Positions 33,077 to 39,015 of a stretch of DNA of 39,015 nucleotides are shown in pieces (within the stretch, counting starts at the first letter, position 1; each line of letters starts with the position of its first letter). Where the stretch lies: contig JAGVVX010000007.1 in NCBI GenBank assembly GCA_018304565.1, positions 1-39,015 on the forward strand, in the 5' to 3' direction. A model generated the notes under the pieces. That model saw nothing but the letters and a program-made list of their open reading frames with translations. It was not told the DNA's origin and ran no database searches. Made by a program: the position numbers and the translations under genes. Source of the DNA: Candidatus Aenigmatarchaeota archaeon (lineage in GTDB: Archaea > Aenigmatarchaeota > Aenigmatarchaeia > GW2011-AR5).

Positions 33077-34114
33077 ATGGCTGTTGCTTCTGCGCCCGGG
33101 AAAGTTCATTTGATAGGTGAGCATGCGGTTGTCTACGGAGAACCGGCTATATTTGCAGCTGTTGGAATGCGAACATTCGTTACAGCAGAAAAGTCGGATA
33201 GAGTCGGATACAAAGATAAACGATGGGGCCACAACGATTCCTGGTCTCTTGAAGACGTCGTGGCTGCAACAGATGAAGTTGTTGGGTTGTGGAACGCGTG
33301 CGCGCAAAAGCAAGAGTTTTCTGAGCTTTTTTCTAATATAAAGGCAAACAGCTATGAGAACTACAAAAAGGCCGCTATCGGGGCAGCTATGAAAAATCTA
33401 GGAATTAACGGCGGAATTTCCATCAGTATAGAGTCCCAGTTGCCAGCAGGCGCCGGCCTAGGCTCTTCAGCCTCTCTTTCGGTAGCCGCCGTAAATGCAA
33501 TAGCCGCCGAATACGGAAAAAGCGTTTCGAAAGAAGAGACAAACCGAATCGCCTACGAGCTTGAAAAGATTATTCACGGCACGCCCTCTGGAGGCGACAA
33601 TTCGGCCTGCTGCTATGGTGGCCTTATATGGTTTCAAAAGCCGAATACAATTCTGTCGCTTAAAGAAGAAATACCTTACAAACTTGAAAACTTCATCCTG
33701 GTTTATACAAACCAGCCGGAAAAAACAACCGGTGAATTAGTACAAAGTGTAAGAAATCTGGAAGAAAACCTCAGAAATCACTGCGTTCATGAAATAGGCA
33801 GATTGGCAAAAGATATGCGCGAAGCACTGAAAATCAGGGACCTTGAAACAATGAAAAGAACAATAAACAGGAATCAACAGATACTTGCAAAGCTCGGCGT
33901 GTCAACACCCGAGATTGATGAGATGGTTTCAGCGATTAAAGAAAAGGGCGGGGCTGCCAAGCTTTGCGGTGCGGGCGGCGGCGGCATGGTTCTTTGTTAT
34001 CACGAAAAGAAGAATATATTGCTAGAAACAATCCGCGACTTAGGTTATGAACCTTTGGAGACAGATTTAGCTGTAGAAGGCGTGAAAATTGAAAATGAGA
34101 ACAGCAATACCTAA
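33077..34114 (+). CDS. mvk: Mevalonate kinase
   Basis: APGKVHLIGEHAVVYG N-terminal motif. GHMP motif PAGAGLGSSASL. C-terminal KLCGAGGGG. Confidence 0.85.
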   Translation: MAVASAPGKVHLIGEHAVVYGEPAIFAAVGMRTFVTAEKSDRVGYKDKRWGHNDSWSLEDVVAATDEVVGLWNACAQKQEFSELFSNIKANSYENYKKAAIGAAMKNLGINGGISISIESQLPAGAGLGSSASLSVAAVNAIAAEYGKSVSKEETNRIAYELEKIIHGTPSGGDNSACCYGGLIWFQKPNTILSLKEEIPYKLENFILVYTNQPEKTTGELVQSVRNLEENLRNHCVHEIGRLAKDMREALKIRDLETMKRTINRNQQILAKLGVSTPEIDEMVSAIKEKGGAAKLCGAGGGGMVLCYHEKKNILLETIRDLGYEPLETDLAVEGVKIENENSNT

Positions 34115-35285
34115 AGGCTTTGAAAAAGAATCCAGAGAGATGAAAAGCCTTAACAATAAAATTCTTGCCTTTCTCAGGAAAAGATATAATGTAGAAAAAT
34201 ACCCAAATGTGCCAAAGAAGAAATCCCTTGAAGGTGAAGCATGCGTAGAAGCTTTTCCGATGCAGGGGATTCTAAAGTATCATGGCATGGCTGACTGGCA
34301 CTACCGCACGGCCTTTTTCCCTTCAGTTTCAATGTGTAACGATGCAGCAAAAACCGTTACTTATGTCAGGTTTGATCAGAAACTTGACAAAGACCATGCA
34401 ATAGTAAACGGCAAAAAAATGGAAGGTCGTGAACTCGACAGGATAAAACAAACACTTGACTTCATTCGTAAAATCACCGGCGCAAAAACAAAAGCCTTTG
34501 TCTATTCAAAAAATATCCTGAAAGCCCAGAAAACAGGAAAAGGACTAGGCACAAGCGCATCCGCTTCTGCCGCACTTGCCCTTGCTACGATAGAAGCCGC
34601 TCTTGGGGACGATTACTCTTCAAACAGCAGATTTGTTACAACATGCGCCAGATTTCTTTCGGGCTCTGGATGCCGCTCAGCAGCCGGCGGCGTAGCGCTG
34701 TGGCTTTCCTACCCGGGCATCGACCACGAGGATTCTTTTGCTATAAGGCTTGATAGCAAGCAGCAGTTCAAGGATGTAGATCTAATAACAGTCCCTGTAG
34801 ACTCAAGAATAGGCCTGAAAACAGAAATGGCACATAAAGACGCACCGAAATCGCCTTTTTTCAAGACGTGGATGAGCCTGAGAGAAAAACACATCTGGAA
34901 GATTTTTGATGCTGTAAGCAAGAAAAATTGGAAAAAGTTGGGTGAGCTTGCTGAGCTGGATACAATACTTCTCCATGGAACGACAATGAGCGGCGGCGAC
35001 AGGAAACTGATTGGATGGGAACCCGAGACTATAAAATTAATGCGCGCTGCAAATGATTTGCGTGAAAGCAGTGTGCCTGTCTATTATTCTATTGATACAG
35101 GGCCTACAACCGTGCTTATTACGCAGGAAAAATACTCAAGAGAAGTTGTTAGTCATATAGAATCTCTGGGTTTCACCGACATCGTAACGGGAAAAATAGC
35201 CGGGCCTGCAGGAACTATAAGTAAATTACAAGGAGAAAAAGAATTTGTTATTTCATTAGATGATGTTTCCGGTCAGCTTAAATAA
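34089..35285 (+). CDS. Diphosphomevalonate decarboxylase-family protein (likely phosphomevalonate decarboxylase, given IPK and no PMK nearby)
   Basis: GHMP-superfamily motif GKGLGTSASASAALALA. MDD-like N-terminus (EAFPMQGILKYHG). Start uncertain (34089, 34095 or 34140). Confidence 0.7.
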   Translation: MKMRTAIPKGFEKESREMKSLNNKILAFLRKRYNVEKYPNVPKKKSLEGEACVEAFPMQGILKYHGMADWHYRTAFFPSVSMCNDAAKTVTYVRFDQKLDKDHAIVNGKKMEGRELDRIKQTLDFIRKITGAKTKAFVYSKNILKAQKTGKGLGTSASASAALALATIEAALGDDYSSNSRFVTTCARFLSGSGCRSAAGGVALWLSYPGIDHEDSFAIRLDSKQQFKDVDLITVPVDSRIGLKTEMAHKDAPKSPFFKTWMSLREKHIWKIFDAVSKKNWKKLGELAELDTILLHGTTMSGGDRKLIGWEPETIKLMRAANDLRESSVPVYYSIDTGPTTVLITQEKYSREVVSHIESLGFTDIVTGKIAGPAGTISKLQGEKEFVISLDDVSGQLK

Positions 35286-35304
35286 GCTTTGAAAAATTAT
35301 CATT

Positions 35305-35406
35305 ATCAACAACCATCGTCTGAAAACGATGGTTGTGATACCAGGAAACCACAGTTATATTTGTGACTTACTGGTTCCATATCTAAAGATAGGTGGTATC
35401 CTGAGT
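35305..35406 (+). promoter_or_regulatory. Upstream cassette B (inverted copy of cassette A at 10536-10643), abutting the IPK start codon
   Basis: ATCA(A)CAACCATCG...CGATGGTTGTGAT palindrome plus ACCAGGAAACCAC. Then a TATA-like GTTATATTTG. Then ATCTAAAGATAGGTGGTATCCTGAGT-ATG. Confidence 0.7.
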
Positions 35407-36207
35407 ATGACAAAGCCAATAATAATTTTGAAGATTGGCGGCTCGCTTATAGCGCCGAAAACGGCAAAAAAACCCACGGTTGATTTTAAGACACTGAAAA
35501 GAATATGCATGGAAATAGGCTCAGCGTACAAAAAAATAAAAAATAAGAAAAATCTTGTCATAATCCATGGTGCCGGCAACTTTGGCCACCTTATTGCTGC
35601 ACGCACTGGAATTCATAGGGGCATCAAAAGCGAAAAAAATCTTATTGATTTTGCAGAAACGCAGCGATTACAGAACCAATTGAATGTGATAGTTACAAAA
35701 GAGCTTATCAAAAATGATGTACCCGCTTTTCCTTTTCAGTCTTCAGGACACGCAGTTATGGAAAAAGGCAGGCTGAAAAAATTCTCCTTGGCAGCAATAA
35801 ATCAGCTTCTCAAGACAGGCGTTGTTCCTGTTGCTTATGGCGTGCCAGCCTGTGATATACACCAGGGATGTTCAATACTTTCTGGCGATGAGATTGTGCC
35901 ATATCTTGCAAAAAGACTGAAAGCAAAGGAAATAATCCACGCAACAGACGTAGATGGTGTTTTCACGATTGATCCGAAAAAAAGCAGGAAAGCAAGGCTC
36001 ATAAGAATGATAACAAGAAAGAATTTCTACAGCGTCAAGAAAGCACTTTCAGGTTCATTGGGTGTTGATGTTACCGGTGGCATGAAAGAAAAGGTAAGCC
36101 TTTTAAGCCTTAGGGTAAGGGCGCAAATTATAAACGGGAAGAAGAATAACCTTATAAAGAACGCCATACTCGGTAAAAGTAAGCAAGGTACAGTGATAGA
36201 ACTGTGA
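35407..36207 (+). CDS. ipk: Isopentenyl phosphate kinase
   Basis: KIGGSLI N-terminal motif and HGAGNFGH (the IPK-type His-containing Gly loop). Amino-acid-kinase fold length. Start moved to MTKPIII. Confidence 0.8.
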   Translation: MTKPIIILKIGGSLIAPKTAKKPTVDFKTLKRICMEIGSAYKKIKNKKNLVIIHGAGNFGHLIAARTGIHRGIKSEKNLIDFAETQRLQNQLNVIVTKELIKNDVPAFPFQSSGHAVMEKGRLKKFSLAAINQLLKTGVVPVAYGVPACDIHQGCSILSGDEIVPYLAKRLKAKEIIHATDVDGVFTIDPKKSRKARLIRMITRKNFYSVKKALSGSLGVDVTGGMKEKVSLLSLRVRAQIINGKKNNLIKNAILGKSKQGTVIEL

Positions 36208-36821
36208 TGCAAACAGAGCATATAGAAGTTGAACGGAGAGCCAGAGGAACATTCCTTCCTCCCGGAGCAGAGCCGCTTTATACTGCACATATATTTGACG
36301 TTTACACTGTTGCTCAGCCTTCTTTAATGGAAAGAATCCGCTGGGCAAGAGTTTCGTATTTCCAACTAGTGAAAAGCCGAAGAGAAGTTACAAGAAAAAC
36401 ATTCACTCATGGAGAATACGTAGAGTCAGAATTGGATGAAAAGCCCACGGCGTATATTGCCCGTCTTCTTAAGAAAGGAGGCTGTCCGCGCGTTATTGTT
36501 GCAGGCAGAAGGCACGCGTATAATGTGCATGGTCTCACCGTGTGCAACGATAGAATTATCAGAGCTACCATGAAAGGAATTGAAGATTTAGGCGCCTGGA
36601 CAGAGATGGAAAGGCTCGTGCATTCAGCAGATGAAATACCCGATGCAAGACAAGAAGTTTATGACGGGTTTTTGAGGGTTGGCGTGGCAAGGGACAGGCT
36701 AGTCATAGAACCTTATCCTGTCTTGAACCTTAAAGCCAACGGCCGTGTTGCTGGCAGATTAGTTTCTACTTCAACTTCTTCCCAAGAGGATGCTTTAGCA
36801 GCTCCTCGACTGAAACAATAA
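36207..36821 (+). CDS. Hypothetical protein (~204 aa) translationally coupled to IPK
   Basis: Its ATG overlaps the IPK TGA (TGATG). It is the only long ORF in this interval. R-rich and GC-richer than its neighbours. The last ~18 codons overlap the convergent IDI gene. Confidence 0.5.
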   Translation: MQTEHIEVERRARGTFLPPGAEPLYTAHIFDVYTVAQPSLMERIRWARVSYFQLVKSRREVTRKTFTHGEYVESELDEKPTAYIARLLKKGGCPRVIVAGRRHAYNVHGLTVCNDRIIRATMKGIEDLGAWTEMERLVHSADEIPDARQEVYDGFLRVGVARDRLVIEPYPVLNLKANGRVAGRLVSTSTSSQEDALAAPRLKQ

Positions 36822-37218
36822 GCCATGGCGTGTAGATTTTCTGGTTTCTTATTATATCTTTCAGCAATTCGCCAAGAGAAACCCATTTGTAGCCATAAGC
36901 GTGCTGTTCACTGGGTTTCAGTTCGCCATTAAACTCTGCTATCAGCAACCGGCAGTGCTCGTTTTCGCATTTCTCGCCGTATTCAGCAAAATAATTGAAA
37001 CCGCCTATATCTTCAACTTTCAGGCTTTCAATTCCCCATTCGCCTAGAAGGAACCGGCTGGCCGCTTCCTGCATCGTCTCGTCCCTGTTGCCAAGGTGTA
37101 ATGGATGGCTTGCGCCTGCCAGGTCCCACAGCCTGTCAAAAAGCCTGTGCTTCCTGTGCTGGAGAAGTATTTTCCTGTCGCTGTTGTAAATCAACATTGT
37201 GAAGGTCCCCTTTTTCAT
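36766..37218 (-). CDS. idi: Nudix-fold protein, likely short type-1 isopentenyl-diphosphate isomerase
   Basis: WDLAGASHPLHLGNRDETMQEAASRFLLGEWGI, ENEHC and TPW segments parallel the type-1 IDI segments (W.N..C.HP, ENEVC, SPW). Adjacent to the mevalonate genes. Confidence 0.6.
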   Translation of the reverse strand: MKKGTFTMLIYNSDRKILLQHRKHRLFDRLWDLAGASHPLHLGNRDETMQEAASRFLLGEWGIESLKVEDIGGFNYFAEYGEKCENEHCRLLIAEFNGELKPSEQHAYGYKWVSLGELLKDIIRNQKIYTPWLIVSVEELLKHPLGKKLK

Positions 37219-37273
37219 CTACAAGCAGAAGCATTTGTTCTTCCATATAAGCACCAGTAACGATTATAAACAC

Positions 37274-37369
37274 AATCCACCACAAAAATGTGGTGGTATT
37301 TCTTTGAAATACCACAGATCATATATGTGGATTTGTTTATACAGGCAACCATTGTTTAAAAACAACGGT
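37274..37369. promoter_or_regulatory. R2-type nested palindrome plus degenerate ACCATTGTT/AACAACGGT hairpin in the IDI/hydrolase divergent region
   Basis: AATCCAC-N12-GTGGTATTTC-TTT-GAAATACCAC-N11-GTGGATT (37274-37333), the same architecture as 7834-7903. Overlapping CCACCACA-AAAA-TGTGGTGG. ACCATTGTT-TAAA-AACAACGGT at 37348-37369. Confidence 0.65.
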
Positions 37370-37417
37370 ATGCCATGTATCAATAAGGTTTTTATCTTTA
37401 AAGGCCTTCCTTTTAGG

Positions 37418-38188
37418 ATGCAGAAAGTTCAGTTTGTAAATAACAGGGGGGAAAAACTCGCCGGCATATTTTGCAGGACAGAAAAAGAAAAAGCGCCGTG
37501 TGTAATTATATGCCACGGCCTGGGCAGCAGCAAGGACAACAAAGAGCCTCTGATGAAGGCCTTTTCAGAAAACGGTCTTGCTTCCATGGCCTTTGATTTC
37601 TCTGGCCATGGTGAAAGTCAGGGCAGCTTTGAAAAACTGACAGTTACAAATGCAGTTGCCGATTCAAAGGCAGCAATAGATTACGCCTCCTCTCTGGCTT
37701 CTGTTGATGCAAGCAGAATAGGCATTATGGGCCACAGTTTCGGCGGTTCTGTATCATTAATCGGAGCAGCCGGCGACAAACGGATAAAATCCATCGTTGT
37801 TTCCGCACCGGTGACAGATTTCTTGGAAACGCTCAAAATGCTTTCAGACTTTGACACAAAGATTGGCAACCTGGCAGTCTGGAAAGATAAGGGCTATACA
37901 CATTATCTCAATGCTGGCCAGAAATACATGAAACTCGAATATCCATTCTTTGAGGACGCAATGAAATTCGATATGAAGAAGATAGCAACAAAGATAAAGT
38001 CTCCGGTGCTCTTCATTCAAGGGAATAAAGACAGGGTATCGCCGATAAGCCAGTCCAAGAAAATGTTTGATATTCTTTCATGCGAGAAGGATATGAAGAT
38101 CCTGGAATGCGGCCATTATTTCGAAGAGCAGGACCTGGAAAACCTTATAGAACTTTCACAAAACTGGTTCATCAAGTGGCTTGGCTAG
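37418..38188 (+). CDS. Alpha/beta hydrolase, paralog of 11714..12487
   Basis: MQKVQFVNNRGEKLAGIF...VIICHGLGSSK parallels the MQKKVFFKNKHKERLCGIL...VIVCHGFTSSK N-terminus of the paralog. GHSFGG nucleophile elbow. QGNKDRVSP. CGH. Confidence 0.8.
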   Translation: MQKVQFVNNRGEKLAGIFCRTEKEKAPCVIICHGLGSSKDNKEPLMKAFSENGLASMAFDFSGHGESQGSFEKLTVTNAVADSKAAIDYASSLASVDASRIGIMGHSFGGSVSLIGAAGDKRIKSIVVSAPVTDFLETLKMLSDFDTKIGNLAVWKDKGYTHYLNAGQKYMKLEYPFFEDAMKFDMKKIATKIKSPVLFIQGNKDRVSPISQSKKMFDILSCEKDMKILECGHYFEEQDLENLIELSQNWFIKWLG

Positions 38189-38374
38189 CTTTTTCCTCTT
38201 TGCAACCTTTGTCAGGTATCCGGCAACCCTGTTTCTGACCCTTTTGTGGGGTATTATAGTCAGTTCGCCAAGAACTTCCTTGTTTTTCCCGAAGTCAGCA
38301 CTGAATTTCCCAGGATAAGATTCAATGAGGCCAAAAGTCAGGCGCTTTATGCCCTTTGTTTTTATTCTTCCCAT
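38156..38374 (-). CDS. rps17e: Ribosomal protein eS17
   Basis: MGRIKTKGIKR...IIPHKRVRNRVAGYLT pattern typical of S17e. 72 aa. Confidence 0.85.
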   Translation of the reverse strand: MGRIKTKGIKRLTFGLIESYPGKFSADFGKNKEVLGELTIIPHKRVRNRVAGYLTKVAKRKKLAKPLDEPVL

Positions 38375-38432
38375 ACAACCAACAAATAATTGCAGCTCAT
38401 ACTTTTAAACCTTCCGTGTTTAGATTACCCCT

Positions 38433-39015
38433 ATGAAACCAAAGGCGTTTTTATGCAGATCGCCCATAGGCTTATTTGCGTTCTCCGGGACCGGCGAGCT
38501 GCTCCATTACAGTCTTTTTAGCAGAAAGCCACAAACAGCGGTCGCTGAGTTTGAAACAGCGTCCTTGGAATTGCAGGATTTTGATGTTTCAGAAAGCCCG
38601 AACAACTTCAGGTTCTTGAGGAAAAACTTCCGGGAGTATGCTGAAAACCTGGGGTTTGCTAAGAGCCAAGAGCTGACGGAATTCCTCTCTAATTTTACAG
38701 AAATAATCTCCAAGAAAAGGATGAAATCGCTCATAAATCGCGACAGGCTAATCATTCAGGCCAGCAATTCCCTTGAAGACATCGTAAAGATACAAAACCT
38801 TGTCAATGAGAGGCTTCGCGAGTGGTATTTGCTGCATTATCCTGAACTCAAGCAGAAAGAAATGCCCGAGTGGATAATGAAATACGGCAACAGGGCAAAT
38901 TCTCCTAACTTCAAAGAAAGTGTAGGCATTGACCTTACGGAAAGCGACGAGAAGATACTCTTAGATTCAGCTCGTTTGGTACTGTCAATAACAGAACAAA
39001 GGAAAAAACTGGAAA
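38433..39015 (+). CDS. nop5: Nop5 (Nop56/58-family C/D box sRNP protein), 5' partial; continues past the window end
   Basis: Open frame from ATG ~38433 to the window edge, so it is not in the ORF track. Contains the LREWYLLHYPEL signature of the Nop domain region. The track ORF 38507..38755(-) is antisense to it. Confidence 0.8.
   Translation, partial: MKPKAFLCRSPIGLFAFSGTGELLHYSLFSRKPQTAVAEFETASLELQDFDVSESPNNFRFLRKNFREYAENLGFAKSQELTEFLSNFTEIISKKRMKSLINRDRLIIQASNSLEDIVKIQNLVNERLREWYLLHYPELKQKEMPEWIMKYGNRANSPNFKESVGIDLTESDEKILLDSARLVLSITEQRKKLE

Noticed and set aside
32987-33313. 108-aa minus-strand ORF overlapping the mvk start
   Set aside because: It is antisense to the conserved N-terminus of mevalonate kinase and spans the orphan tRNA fragment. 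Its Cys/Ser/Phe-rich composition looks non-coding.
34089-34114. 26-nt overlap between mvk and the decarboxylase gene as a programmed frameshift or fusion
   Set aside because: In-frame ATGs at 34095 and 34140 give normal N-termini. Overlap from an over-extended ORF-track start is the simpler explanation.
38507-38755. 82-aa minus-strand ORF
   Set aside because: It is antisense to an open frame that encodes a recognisable Nop5 N-terminal region running to the window edge.

Overview
Archaeal chromosome segment, compact and moderately AT-rich, with many overlapping or abutting genes. Most of it is housekeeping. It carries LeuRS, PheRS alpha/beta and GlyRS, topoisomerase VI A/B, aIF-1A, a KH (Dim2-like) protein, an NMD3-like protein, thermosome, tRNA-splicing endonuclease EndA, TrmY, eS17 and Nop5 (partial). 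It also has a lower mevalonate-pathway cluster (MVK, MDD-family decarboxylase, IPK, type-1 IDI) and an 8-gene type IV pilus-like operon (FlaI/PilB-type ATPase, two TadB/C-like membrane proteins, four pilin-like proteins). Gene content and style suggest a small-genome, possibly DPANN-like, archaeon; this is inference only.

The unusual signal is mostly non-coding:
1. All five tRNA or tRNA-like genes are interrupted, with about 7 introns. Four sit at non-canonical positions (anticodon stem, T-loop, D-arm, 25/26). One gene is 256 nt long.
2. One tRNA-Asn-like gene has no 3' T-stem or acceptor strand anywhere nearby, so it is either a split half or a relic.
3. Two paralogous free-standing LAGLIDADG genes each converge on, and overlap antisense, the 3' part of a tRNA gene. 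One is bracketed by a 25-bp direct repeat of the tRNA 3' end.
4. Short perfect GA/CT-rich hairpin modules recur in tRNA introns, tRNA trailers and 5' leaders.
5. Five intergenic regions share palindromic ATACCAC/GTGGTAT-type modules. These include a near-identical ~105-bp upstream cassette in front of two unrelated genes.
6. A four-CBS protein carries a C-terminal RaiA/HPF-like domain.

No CRISPR array, rRNA gene, integrase or transposase was seen. RNA and repeat coordinates were indexed by hand and should be treated as +/-2 nt. CDS coordinates follow the ORF track, with some starts moved to internal start codons.
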